A stretch of 64,000 bases of DNA, taken from the IMG/VR virus record IMGVR_UViG_3300014208_000001, positions 101,318 through 165,317 of that record; one strand, 5' to 3'. Each line of letters starts with the position of its first letter. The stretch's first letter is position 1. Positions 10,098 through 19,942 of the stretch are shown here, in pieces. Under the pieces are notes generated by a model. The model made no database searches. It had not been told where the DNA came from and worked only from the letters and a program-made list of their open reading frames with translations. A program made the translations under genes and the position numbers. The stretch comes from a virus (lineage: Duplodnaviria; Heunggongvirae; Uroviricota; Caudoviricetes).

Positions 10098-11765
10098 TTA
10101 CCGTTTAAAAACGAATTTTAGTTTTTTACCGCCATGTACTTTACGCATCATATGCTTTTCAGCATATTCATATTCACGCATATTTAAATTTATTGCTTTA
10201 TTATACAATGTTTTCTTATGCATAACCCAACCATTTTCAGATATATACCAATATGATGGCTTAGAATACCCATCAAATACAAAATTACTAGCTTTATATA
10301 CTCCACCATTGTGATTAAATGTCTGATCAGCATATGATATTATATATTTAACATTGTTACTAAGCATTTTAATACACTTGCTTATAAATCTACTGCCAAA
10401 ATTCTTTTTTTGATATTTTGGATGAATACATAATCTCGATAAATCTACTGAGTTTGAGTATGTGAAATCATGATATGTTTTTATAGTTATATTTTGCCTC
10501 GGTAATGGTGAAAATATACATACAGCTATTAATTTATTATCTAAATATGCTCCATATGCTTGACCACCACGACCAGCATTCATTAAGTAATGATAAGCTT
10601 GTAAAAAATATTTATATTCAGACGCCGGGCACTTTTTGACAATGATATCATTAAATTCAAAATCGACTTGATCATATTTATTGCCAGTCCATAATTTTAT
10701 CAAATCACTAATACAATTATATGATGCAAATTGATGTTCCCATAAATATTTTATTTCATACGTATCTGACATATATGTATTAATATACTCAGCTTTTGCA
10801 TTATCGGCAACAATTTTGTGCGGTAAAGAATGAATCCATTCTCCCTGGCATTCTATTAGAATATTTTTGGCACCTTTTATTACGCAGTCAAATGTCCATG
10901 GGCCAACTATACATTTATCGCTATCATTTATTTCACCATAATATTCTATATTTAGATCATCTAATATTTGATATAAAATCCTCTGTAAATTAGATACTCT
11001 TGGCAATTTGCTATATGCTATTGATAGTTTTGAAATATAATCAGGTGATTTTTGTATTTTTCGCATTAATTCTTTATGTTCAGTTGTGTTTTTAGCATTC
11101 AATACTTTATTTCTATATTCTTCATTCTGCCATAATTCTTTAGATAATTTAGATATTTTATTACGGAATTCATCAGTTTTATATATTTTACGTAACTCAT
11201 CTGTCCACATATTTTTAGCATTTATAGATCTTATCCTTTTACATTCATCGCTATTTAATTTTGTTATAACTTTTTGTCTGAATTCTTCATTTAGCCATAA
11301 CTTTTTGCATTTTTCAGATCTAGATCCATTAGATAAATGTATAATATCAATCATCTTATTTCTAAATTCTGCATTTTGCCATTTATCCTTTGATAATTTA
11401 GATAATAATTTAATATTATTTGGCGAATTAAAAATATTAATCATTTTATTATAATATTCTATATCAGTCCATCTATTCTTCATTGAATTTGATATGGCAT
11501 TTTTATGATTTGTAGTTAATTTTCTACCTATCAATTTACTCGGTTTACGTTTTATTTGATTTCTATTTTTTCTATATTGCTCATCAGCCCATTTGTTTTT
11601 TATAGCACAACTAGAACATTTCCAATTTGTATAATCTCTACTCGGTATACGTTTGATAATACGTTTATTACCACAGTCACACAATACTTCAATATCTTGT
11701 AATTTACTAGCCATTATTTTGCGCGCGGATTCTTCGGAATTACATATAATACATGATCGCTCCAT
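10098..11765 (-). CDS. Fusion: Zn finger/NUMOD3-like repeats + PD-(D/E)xK nuclease + Mom-like GNAT domain
   Basis: CxxC pairs; six K..W...E(F/Y)R.K repeats; FDCVI...ILIECQGEWIH; C-terminal DLSRLCIHP...IISYADQTFNHNGGVYKASNF. Confidence 0.75.
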   Translation of the reverse strand: MERSCIICNSEESARKIMASKLQDIEVLCDCGNKRIIKRIPSRDYTNWKCSSCAIKNKWADEQYRKNRNQIKRKPSKLIGRKLTTNHKNAISNSMKNRWTDIEYYNKMINIFNSPNNIKLLSKLSKDKWQNAEFRNKMIDIIHLSNGSRSEKCKKLWLNEEFRQKVITKLNSDECKRIRSINAKNMWTDELRKIYKTDEFRNKISKLSKELWQNEEYRNKVLNAKNTTEHKELMRKIQKSPDYISKLSIAYSKLPRVSNLQRILYQILDDLNIEYYGEINDSDKCIVGPWTFDCVIKGAKNILIECQGEWIHSLPHKIVADNAKAEYINTYMSDTYEIKYLWEHQFASYNCISDLIKLWTGNKYDQVDFEFNDIIVKKCPASEYKYFLQAYHYLMNAGRGGQAYGAYLDNKLIAVCIFSPLPRQNITIKTYHDFTYSNSVDLSRLCIHPKYQKKNFGSRFISKCIKMLSNNVKYIISYADQTFNHNGGVYKASNFVFDGYSKPSYWYISENGWVMHKKTLYNKAINLNMREYEYAEKHMMRKVHGGKKLKFVFKR

Positions 11766-12109
11766 TCAGTTTCTAAAAATAGAGCATCACCTCTAGCAAA
11801 TTCTAAATCTCTTTTTAATAGTTCAACAGATTTCAAAAGCAACTCTAACGAAACCCGATATCTTATGACGTCATGGTATTGACTTTTCAATGACGAAATC
11901 AACTCTTGAATACGCGCAGAAAGAGAAATAGTTTTCTTTATAGCATCACCACTAGTAATAAAATATTCTAATGGATTTATTGATGGGATACCGCTCGGCA
12001 AGCCAAATTCATGTGGCTCTATATGTCTAACATATTTCTCCAATTTCAGAATATATATATCAGCTTGAACGCCATCACCTATAATCTGATAATCCATAAC
12101 ATTCTCCAT
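11714..12109 (-). CDS. Hypothetical protein (131 aa)
   Basis: Operon context. Confidence 0.65.
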   Translation of the reverse strand: MENVMDYQIIGDGVQADIYILKLEKYVRHIEPHEFGLPSGIPSINPLEYFITSGDAIKKTISLSARIQELISSLKSQYHDVIRYRVSLELLLKSVELLKRDLEFARGDALFLETEWSDHVLYVIPKNPRAK

Positions 12110-12118
12110 TTGTTATGA

Positions 12119-12535
12119 TTATTTACTAATTTTTGGTTCCATGTGACCAAGAATCGGCCCACATACAAAACCAAATACGAATATAATTGATGGGTAATAT
12201 GATTTATGAAATGGTAACCAATGACTAATACTAAAATATTCAATATTCCAAATAGCGATAACGTCATACAAACCAGCCGCAATTACTAATATAGTCGTGC
12301 ACAATCCAATCGTAGTCATACGATATTTTGGTGATTTTCGTGTTATTTTAGTATAATTAAAAACATGTCCAGATACAAAACCAATCATATATGTAAACAT
12401 AACCGAGTGGAACCCACTATATTGTAAGAAATCGCTTACACTTTGATCAACACCATATATTAATACTATTATCAAATCATAAATTGCCACCATTACACAT
12501 ATTGATATAATTAATATGGCAGTTATATATTTCAT
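12119..12535 (-). CDS. Small multi-pass membrane protein with an internal duplication
   Basis: Four hydrophobic segments; the halves share YD(L/V)I and GFV.G...(G)H motifs. Confidence 0.7.
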   Translation of the reverse strand: MKYITAILIISICVMVAIYDLIIVLIYGVDQSVSDFLQYSGFHSVMFTYMIGFVSGHVFNYTKITRKSPKYRMTTIGLCTTILVIAAGLYDVIAIWNIEYFSISHWLPFHKSYYPSIIFVFGFVCGPILGHMEPKISK

Positions 12536-14229
12536 CTAAATGATTCTTTAATAAGTTTAACTGCTTGTCGTCTTAATAAATTATATCCCTTATTAAAGAT
12601 CAATGCATCAACATAATTCATATCTTCAACTAGAACAATGCCCATGCCACGTAATGTGGTTTTGGTGCTTTCTTCTAATTCTTCTTCGCCCAATTCGTCT
12701 TTTACTAATGCGGCGGCTATTAATATTTTATCGGTGGCCGATTTTAATTGGGTATCAACAGCGACCTTTGATATTGCTTCAAATTTTCCATTTGGTTTTT
12801 GTTTGGCTACACGTCCAGTTTGGATGCCTAATTCGTTAAATTCTAACACTTCTTTGGTCATTTCGGCTGCGATTTCAGTTTGTCTAATTTCTCTATAACC
12901 TTCACGTGACCATATTGAATGCCATGTTCCACCATTTGGTATTGGTTCTAATTCTGGATCTTCACCTGCCATACACCATGGTTTTTTACCATCACGTGGT
13001 TGTGATGTGTCACCGCGAACTGTTCCTTTTCCAGGATAGTTAGATAAACCATGATATCTAATGTAATATCTTAATTCATTTATTGTCAGTTTGCCACCAA
13101 CTGCACGTGGGCCGTTTTCTGAAGATAAGTATTTAGATCCTTTTTGGAGAATTTCTCTAAAATCGAATTTCATCGCATAATCTAAAATCTGATAGATTAC
13201 TTCAAATGCTTCTGTTGATGCGGCCATTTCTTCGCCATGTTCTGGCGCTGCTAATGTTGCACCAATGTTTGCACCTTCTTCGCCACCCATATTGGCGTCA
13301 GCGCTTACGATATTCATTTTTGATGCGCGATCTTTATTTGTTATCGCTTGGCCGATACCAGTAGATGCGCCCGGTATCATTTCCATTTCGTCGCTTAATT
13401 TTTCTTTTAAGCTTGATAATTCTTGTTTATTTGCTTCTATTGCATCTCTGTCTTGAGATGCTAATATGTTTGCTGTTTTTGTAGCTGCTGAATAAATTTC
13501 TGGAGAAAATTGATCATATGTATTACCTTCTAATTTATCATATGATCGTTGGGTTCTATATTTTCCTGATATGCTGTTGGCTATTTCTTCTGCTTGCTTT
13601 GGTGTTTTGGCTGCCATTAAAGTATTTAATGCGCCAATTGCACCTCGTGCTCGTTTGCTTGATCCAATACCAGCTTCCATTGCGCTTTGGATAAATGGTA
13701 ATACTTTTCCACCTGATCCGTCGCCTTGGCCAAACAACCATCTAATAAATGGTGATCTTCCTTCATCGTATCCTGGCTGAACACGTCTAGCTAATTCGAC
13801 TAATCCGTTTGAGTATAAATCAACTATTAAATTATAATCGTCTCTTCCATATTTTTTGGCCATTCTTCTGGCCATTCTGAATAGTGGTGAACCTCCTCTA
13901 TCGCCATATCGTGGCGATCTTGGATTACCACTGAAGTTCATGTAATTTGGGTCACCGGCGCAAGCGACCATTACTTCTTCTGTGGTCCATTGTGGTGCTT
14001 GGCCACCTGGCACGAAACCAGGAACCGGTTCAGAATGGCCATCCCATTCTGGCATCCATCTAGGATTATTGGTTAATGGCCCAACTGTGTTATATAGAGC
14101 ATTTTCTGCTGTTTGTCTATCGTATTCTGGATTACTAGGATCTTTCCATGAGAAGTCAGACACTTCTTCGAATATAATTGATAATTTAGTATCGAGTTTT
14201 TTTAGAAATCCAGACATAATCATCTCCAT
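12532..14229 (-). CDS. Divergent sigma70-family RNA polymerase sigma factor-like protein
   Basis: Region 2-like RMARRMAKKY...DLYSNGLVELARRVQPGYDEGRSPFIRW; region 3.2-like VSADANMGGEEGANIGATL; region 4-like RQTEIAAEM...SKVAVDTQLKSATDKI. Confidence 0.6.
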   Translation of the reverse strand: MEMIMSGFLKKLDTKLSIIFEEVSDFSWKDPSNPEYDRQTAENALYNTVGPLTNNPRWMPEWDGHSEPVPGFVPGGQAPQWTTEEVMVACAGDPNYMNFSGNPRSPRYGDRGGSPLFRMARRMAKKYGRDDYNLIVDLYSNGLVELARRVQPGYDEGRSPFIRWLFGQGDGSGGKVLPFIQSAMEAGIGSSKRARGAIGALNTLMAAKTPKQAEEIANSISGKYRTQRSYDKLEGNTYDQFSPEIYSAATKTANILASQDRDAIEANKQELSSLKEKLSDEMEMIPGASTGIGQAITNKDRASKMNIVSADANMGGEEGANIGATLAAPEHGEEMAASTEAFEVIYQILDYAMKFDFREILQKGSKYLSSENGPRAVGGKLTINELRYYIRYHGLSNYPGKGTVRGDTSQPRDGKKPWCMAGEDPELEPIPNGGTWHSIWSREGYREIRQTEIAAEMTKEVLEFNELGIQTGRVAKQKPNGKFEAISKVAVDTQLKSATDKILIAAALVKDELGEEELEESTKTTLRGMGIVLVEDMNYVDALIFNKGYNLLRRQAVKLIKESFR

Positions 14230-14253
14230 TGGTATTTTATTTTTGCTGATACG

Positions 14254-14285
14254 AATTCGCCCACAGTATTACCTGTGGGCGAATT
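14254..14285. terminator. 13-bp perfect hairpin between two co-directional genes
   Basis: AATTCGCCCACAG-tattac-CTGTGGGCGAATT; no clear U-tract. Confidence 0.5.
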
Positions 14286-14291
14286 GTTCAA

Positions 14292-16451
14292 TTAGCCAAT
14301 TAATTTGACGTGTTCTTTCTTCCCATCATTGAAAACGGCTTCCAATTTGACTTTGGATTTTGGATTAGCTGTTTTCATTTCAATTATTTTGGCAGCCGCC
14401 GCTTTAATTGATGGGAATGGCTTTGATCTCTTAACTGTCGTGCCTTCTCTTAACACGGCTGAGATCGTGACATTATATTTTTTGCCGCCTAGTGTTTTAG
14501 CATTGCTCTTAATAGATTCTGATATAGCTCTAGCTGCCTTTTGGATATTTTCACTCATTGAACCTGGACCACCTTTGACTGTTGGTGTTTTGTCCACGTC
14601 GTTCTTTGGGTGTCTTTTGAGCAAACTGCCTCCTTGCAATTCGCTCATTTCTGCTTTGTTGCTACCAGCAACATTTTTAGTACTTTTAGATTGTAAGCCT
14701 GTCCCGCCAACATTATCCATCGCTTCTGATTCAGTCACTGTTGGCTGAAAATCTGGATATCGTCTAGAAATTGCAATGACTGCTTTCTTCGCGCTTTCAG
14801 TGCATTCTCTGAGATCGATAACGCCAACATATGTGTCCCAAGCATGAGTCAATGCGTCTGCGACATCTCTATTAGTATATCCAGCGCTCGACTCTAAAAT
14901 TCCTTTTGCTGATCGCAAGAATTTATTAACACTTTCGAATCTATTCATTTCTGGGCGGTTATTTGGGCGACCACGACCCATCTCTGGGCGACCACGACCC
15001 ATCTCTGGGCGACCACCCATCTCTGGTTTGGCTAGATTTGAGCCAAGTTCGCCAAAATCATTATGGACATCATTGCCCATATCGTCATCAGACATCCCAA
15101 ACTCTGGGTTGTATTCGACATCACCTTCGCCAAATTCACCCTCACCGAATTCATCGCCACCGAATTCATCGCCACCAAATTCATCGTCGCCAAATTCACC
15201 GCCGAATTCATCACCGCCTTCACCAAATTCGTCATCGTGCATACCAAGATCTAAATCATCGCCCATACCACGATCAATACCACCACCAAAATCATGGCCA
15301 CCCATACGATTATGACTCATCCCATAATCATCGTGGCCCAAATCTTCAGCTATCATATTGACAGCGCTTTTAACGCTTTCACAATGCATTCCATCATCGC
15401 AATCATCATCACTCTCTGACGTGTCGGTTTCTTCATCATCTGTAGCCTTCTCCCAAGGTTTAGATGATTCAACCAACGTCTTGACCCAATAGACACCATT
15501 GGAATCATGCATTTCATGAAAAACGAACTGTTGATTCGCATTCAACAGGTGTAGCAATTCATTATCACCAATATTAACAACATATCCATTAGCACCGCAA
15601 ATGTGCTTAAATTCTTCAGTTGTAACACAATCAGCGATTCTAGCATATGAATCGAACATAGCTTGCATGCTTGGCATGCCTTTAACACCACTAGCTATAT
15701 CCAATCGTGACCAATTTTCTTTCACATCTCCAGCGTGAACTTCAGCTCCTTGTAAGGAATTACCAAATTCCTCAAAAGTGCCACCATCATTATGAGGTTT
15801 AGATGGCCAGTCATGACCAACTTTATCTAAGTGACCATCTGCAGCTTTACTTGGTTTACTTTGGTGTACACCCTGTGGCTTATGTTCGACACCATCTTCG
15901 TCGACATCGCACATTGCTGGTGTTTCTGTATGCTTACGTGGCCATTGCTTGCCAGCTTGGCTCATAGTACTATCAGCTTTATACTTCATTTGCTTAGCTG
16001 ATTTATCAGATATTGGCGTGCCTTTTGGCTTATCAACGGCGTTATTCTCGCGGATGTTTTTCGTCATTTTTCTTTTCTTTTTAATTGGCTGAAAAACGCC
16101 AGCACCTATTGCTATGCCACCAGTACCACAGACATCTTCGTCCATATGGTCAAATTCACCGTCATTACTCAATGTATATTTGTCTTGAGTAGGAGAATTT
16201 TCCATTGCCTTGTTAGGACCATGTAATTGCTTACCCATATTATTTTCCGAGTTATCTTGTAATGGAATAGATTCCCTATTATTAATTTCAACCTTACTAT
16301 CATCTGGCTGTGGTAATTCACAACTATTATCAACTGGATTTATCTTATTAAATAACGTATCGCTATCTAATTGATTCGGAAATACACTAGGTCTAGCTGA
16401 GATCGCTATTCCACCCTCACATAAATTAATAATATACTCATCCAACGTCAT
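14292..16451 (-). CDS. Low-complexity probable prohead core/scaffold-like protein
   Basis: 719 aa with acidic Gly-rich repeats and many hydrophobic-x-E|(S/N/G/D) sites. Confidence 0.5.
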   Translation of the reverse strand: MTLDEYIINLCEGGIAISARPSVFPNQLDSDTLFNKINPVDNSCELPQPDDSKVEINNRESIPLQDNSENNMGKQLHGPNKAMENSPTQDKYTLSNDGEFDHMDEDVCGTGGIAIGAGVFQPIKKKRKMTKNIRENNAVDKPKGTPISDKSAKQMKYKADSTMSQAGKQWPRKHTETPAMCDVDEDGVEHKPQGVHQSKPSKAADGHLDKVGHDWPSKPHNDGGTFEEFGNSLQGAEVHAGDVKENWSRLDIASGVKGMPSMQAMFDSYARIADCVTTEEFKHICGANGYVVNIGDNELLHLLNANQQFVFHEMHDSNGVYWVKTLVESSKPWEKATDDEETDTSESDDDCDDGMHCESVKSAVNMIAEDLGHDDYGMSHNRMGGHDFGGGIDRGMGDDLDLGMHDDEFGEGGDEFGGEFGDDEFGGDEFGGDEFGEGEFGEGDVEYNPEFGMSDDDMGNDVHNDFGELGSNLAKPEMGGRPEMGRGRPEMGRGRPNNRPEMNRFESVNKFLRSAKGILESSAGYTNRDVADALTHAWDTYVGVIDLRECTESAKKAVIAISRRYPDFQPTVTESEAMDNVGGTGLQSKSTKNVAGSNKAEMSELQGGSLLKRHPKNDVDKTPTVKGGPGSMSENIQKAARAISESIKSNAKTLGGKKYNVTISAVLREGTTVKRSKPFPSIKAAAAKIIEMKTANPKSKVKLEAVFNDGKKEHVKLIG
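14965..15240 (-). repeat. Coding repeats: 21-bp (PEMGRGR) and about 15-bp (GGDEF) units
   Basis: GGGCGACCACGACCCATCTCT units at about 14965-15025; AATTCATCGCCACC-like units at about 15125-15240. Confidence 0.9.
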
Positions 16452-16798
16452 AATTTGTCCTTTTTACATTTACTCATTATATTTTCTACTAACGATGGAT
16501 TATTTAATGACTTCAAAAAAATAGAAATTTCATCTTTCATATTTTCAGCATCCAACGTACTAATAGAATCTAACATAGCAATTAATTTAGATGTAATATT
16601 ATCGCCTGATATATTTTTATCAGCAATAATAAACGAAATCTCATACCCATACTTCTTAGTTATATCAGAAATACGCTCACATATAGAAAAAATCAATTTA
16701 TTATATATAGTATGTTTCATAGCATCAATTTTGCTTCTAAAATCAACTTCCTGCTGCTTATCCATATTTTTAACAATCAAAAAGAATACCACGCTCAC
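16448..16798 (-). CDS. Hypothetical protein (116 aa)
   Basis: Stop overlaps the start of the next gene. Confidence 0.6.
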   Translation of the reverse strand: MSVVFFLIVKNMDKQQEVDFRSKIDAMKHTIYNKLIFSICERISDITKKYGYEISFIIADKNISGDNITSKLIAMLDSISTLDAENMKDEISIFLKSLNNPSLVENIMSKCKKDKL

Positions 16799-17309
16799 TC
16801 AATAATTTATAATCATTACGATACCACTGAAAAAATTGCACTCTAGCAGCGCATGATATATCATATAATCCCTCATTTCCACCATCAACAGTCTTATTGT
16901 ATCCAGAACTGACTCTACCACTACTCAATAAACCTAACATCTTTAGACCTTCATTAACTTTATTTAACGGTATACATACCATAGATCTCTTAATATATTC
17001 ATATTGCTCTATTAACACTAATTGTTGATCACCAGCGGCAAGATTTAATATAAAATCATTTAATGTACCATCATACTTATGCTGATGTTGAACAACATAC
17101 CTATACCAACTCACAAACCTATCCCATGGATTTCTAACAACAGTAAAAGTAAGATATATTGAATAATTATCAGCATTTTCATAATTATGTGGCCAATCCA
17201 AATCACCAACAAATCTGAAACCAATATATTCCAAATGTCTACTAATACTCATCCCAGCGCATTTAGGATTGTGCAAGTAAATCACTTTGCGCAAATCACA
17301 AATATGCAT
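16770..17309 (-). CDS. Sulfotransferase family 2 protein
   Basis: 5'-PSB YLHNPKCAGMSI and 3'-PB FTVVRNPWDRFVSWY. Confidence 0.88.
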   Translation of the reverse strand: MHICDLRKVIYLHNPKCAGMSISRHLEYIGFRFVGDLDWPHNYENADNYSIYLTFTVVRNPWDRFVSWYRYVVQHQHKYDGTLNDFILNLAAGDQQLVLIEQYEYIKRSMVCIPLNKVNEGLKMLGLLSSGRVSSGYNKTVDGGNEGLYDISCAARVQFFQWYRNDYKLLSERGILFDC

Positions 17310-17986
17310 TATGCAATCCTCTGAATAAAAAACATCGACCCATTATATGATGGTTTTGGTTTAGACACAAAATTAACATGCTCCCTAATCATAGGAAGCC
17401 ATATTAAAATTCTCCAGCAATTATTATAACTAATAAAAGATCTCAAAATAGCTTGTTCACCACCATCTTCTCTTGGAGTGCAATATTTCCAACCAAGATA
17501 AATATCATGCCACCCAACAATAACACCAACATTCAGCGTTGGCAATATTTCATTAATAGCCCACGCAGCACCACCAGACGCAGAACCATTATGATCACCA
17601 TCTATAAATAATATATCATTTTCTTGCAACTTTTCAAAAACCGACAATCGCACAGCTTGAACATCTAACGAAATTAACTCAATATCATATAATTCTTTAA
17701 ATCTATAATTGCGCGGCTCTATACAAGTTATATGGTGCGGATATGTAGAAATTGATCTAGTATCTAGTATCGCTTTAGTAGACCATCCGCATCCTATTTC
17801 AATCATATTGATTGGTTTATAATGCTGCACTATCGCTGATAATAATGACGCATCTATGTTAGCCAAAAAGTCATTATCACATTGATATAATAATGATTTA
17901 TCATCTCCCCATTCTGGCAATTTGTATTTATTTAACGCAGATGCTAATTCGATTTGATCTGGTATATTAAATAATATTGGGTCCAA
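17309..17986 (-). CDS. Class I SAM methyltransferase (Methyltransf_24-like)
   Basis: MIEIGCGWST, LFIDGDH and VGWHDI; TTG start. Confidence 0.85.
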   Translation of the reverse strand: MDPILFNIPDQIELASALNKYKLPEWGDDKSLLYQCDNDFLANIDASLLSAIVQHYKPINMIEIGCGWSTKAILDTRSISTYPHHITCIEPRNYRFKELYDIELISLDVQAVRLSVFEKLQENDILFIDGDHNGSASGGAAWAINEILPTLNVGVIVGWHDIYLGWKYCTPREDGGEQAILRSFISYNNCWRILIWLPMIREHVNFVSKPKPSYNGSMFFIQRIA

Positions 17987-17995
17987 CTTTTCTAC

Positions 17996-19939
17996 TCATT
18001 TATGAATGACACACACATCATTGCGGTGGTCTTCATATCCTTTAAATAATGAATGAAGTGGTTCACCTTTGGCCCAAAATTTATTATGATTATACTTGGT
18101 ATAACAAATCAGATTTAAAGCGCCCATATCAGAGTGTTTCTCTGTGTTATTACTTTTAGTTAATAATTCTTTCATTGATGAAGCCAATTCTCTAATTGGC
18201 TTCATCCATCCACCAACAATTCCAGCATTGAGGATTGGTTTACCAAACATCCTTTCATCAAGAGTACCAAACATAGCTATTATTCGATCACAAACCCATT
18301 GTCCAGCAATTGTATTAGTATTTATCATTTGCGCTTCTCTAGCAATCCATAAATCATGTTCATGTGTAAGCATCAAGAACGGGTTGATTTTAAATACAAT
18401 GTCGAACAAATCAGTTATAAACACAGCTTCTAGATCGTTTAATTGTGATAATACTTGATCTATCACACACCATTTCCACGTTAATAAATTGAATTCTTTA
18501 GGACACGAGTCGACTTTAATAATTTTAGTTTTCGGCCATTTTTTGCTAATTTTTGGTAATTCATGATCAGTAATAATTAATGGTTTTAATCCGACTTCAT
18601 ATGCCGAATCTAACCATGGTTTAACTAGCTCTTTATCATCATTTTTATAAAAATTATTAGTATCTAAAAATAAATGTGCCCTATCTTTTTTATCGCTAGG
18701 TGATGAACAGAAACGCTGTGGATCACTTTGACTTGTTAAATAAACAGATACCATGTACGCATTAAATGTATTAACATCTATACCATGCAACAACGATGGT
18801 TTGGTGATATCACGAATACCTGATCTACTACCACTGTGTATTCTATAATAGTATGTCGTATCAGCTTCATTAAATCTGCCATCAGCTCTATTAACACGTC
18901 TCCATATTTCCCAATCTTCGGCAGCAAATTCATTCAAAGTAACAAATGCATTAGACTGTTTTAAAATTGATCTACGTGCAACACATCCAGAATGGCAAAA
19001 ATTATGTTTATTAATATCTCCTTTAACTGGTTTCCACAAATTAGTACGATCACCAAACTCTTGTACTTTTGTGAACGCAATATCAGATTCTGGGTTCTCT
19101 AATGCTTTTAATGATTTCTCAATATAATCTGGGGCAATATGATCATCAGCATCTATAAAGCAAATAAAATCACCATTAGTAGCCCAAAATCCGACAGTTC
19201 TGGTTTGATGCGGCGATTTATGATTAACACGCAAATATCTTACACCACGATTTTCATACGATTTAACAATTTCAGGAGTATTATCAGTACTAGCATCATC
19301 GATCACAATGATTTCTAATGCTTTAACAGTTTGATTCAATATTGATTCTATACATTCTGATAACCACTTACCATAATTATGACATGGTATTACAACAGAA
19401 CATTGACTTATAACAACCGTCGAAGCATTAGCAAGTGTTTTATATTTTTTAATTTCCCAGTTACTATCTTGAATTTTTAAATTCATATCTTCATTATTTA
19501 AGTATTCAACATACCCAATATTATTAACTATAATCCAATCTTTTACTGGTTTGCTAGCTATCAATTCTTTGATCATTACTTCAACATTAGTTCCAGTAAT
19601 GATCGCTTTATGTGGATATGATATTATATCTGGGTCATACCATTCAAACACAGCATTCTCAGTTATTACATTTTGTGTTATTGGTACGGCTATCGCATCT
19701 TGTGCAATTACGTATGGAAATTCTTTAGACAAAAAAGTTATTAAATTCTGCATAGCATTTTCTATTGATTCTAATTGGCTTAATATATCAAGCATTTTAC
19801 TTGCATTAGATGCGCAACCTTTACTTAGACGCAAATGTGATATAAGATCATTAAATACAATTGGATAATTATTATATAACCATGCATGAAATGATGCTGA
19901 CGTTGACAAATTACAAAATTGAGACGTTTTTAAACGCAT
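17996..19939 (-). CDS. Multi-domain glycosyltransferase (GT2 plus a second DxD-type domain)
   Basis: SVVIPCHNYGKWLSECIESILNQT...IIVIDDASTD...FIDADD; C-terminal ITDLFDIVF...LNAGIVGG. Confidence 0.88.
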   Translation of the reverse strand: MRLKTSQFCNLSTSASFHAWLYNNYPIVFNDLISHLRLSKGCASNASKMLDILSQLESIENAMQNLITFLSKEFPYVIAQDAIAVPITQNVITENAVFEWYDPDIISYPHKAIITGTNVEVMIKELIASKPVKDWIIVNNIGYVEYLNNEDMNLKIQDSNWEIKKYKTLANASTVVISQCSVVIPCHNYGKWLSECIESILNQTVKALEIIVIDDASTDNTPEIVKSYENRGVRYLRVNHKSPHQTRTVGFWATNGDFICFIDADDHIAPDYIEKSLKALENPESDIAFTKVQEFGDRTNLWKPVKGDINKHNFCHSGCVARRSILKQSNAFVTLNEFAAEDWEIWRRVNRADGRFNEADTTYYYRIHSGSRSGIRDITKPSLLHGIDVNTFNAYMVSVYLTSQSDPQRFCSSPSDKKDRAHLFLDTNNFYKNDDKELVKPWLDSAYEVGLKPLIITDHELPKISKKWPKTKIIKVDSCPKEFNLLTWKWCVIDQVLSQLNDLEAVFITDLFDIVFKINPFLMLTHEHDLWIAREAQMINTNTIAGQWVCDRIIAMFGTLDERMFGKPILNAGIVGGWMKPIRELASSMKELLTKSNNTEKHSDMGALNLICYTKYNHNKFWAKGEPLHSLFKGYEDHRNDVCVIHK

Positions 19940-19942
19940 AGC

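Noticed and set aside
14305-15361. Several + strand ORFs (14305, 14963, 15028, 15063) with His/Pro/Ser repeats
   Set aside because: Shadow frames of the repeat region in the 719-aa minus-strand gene.
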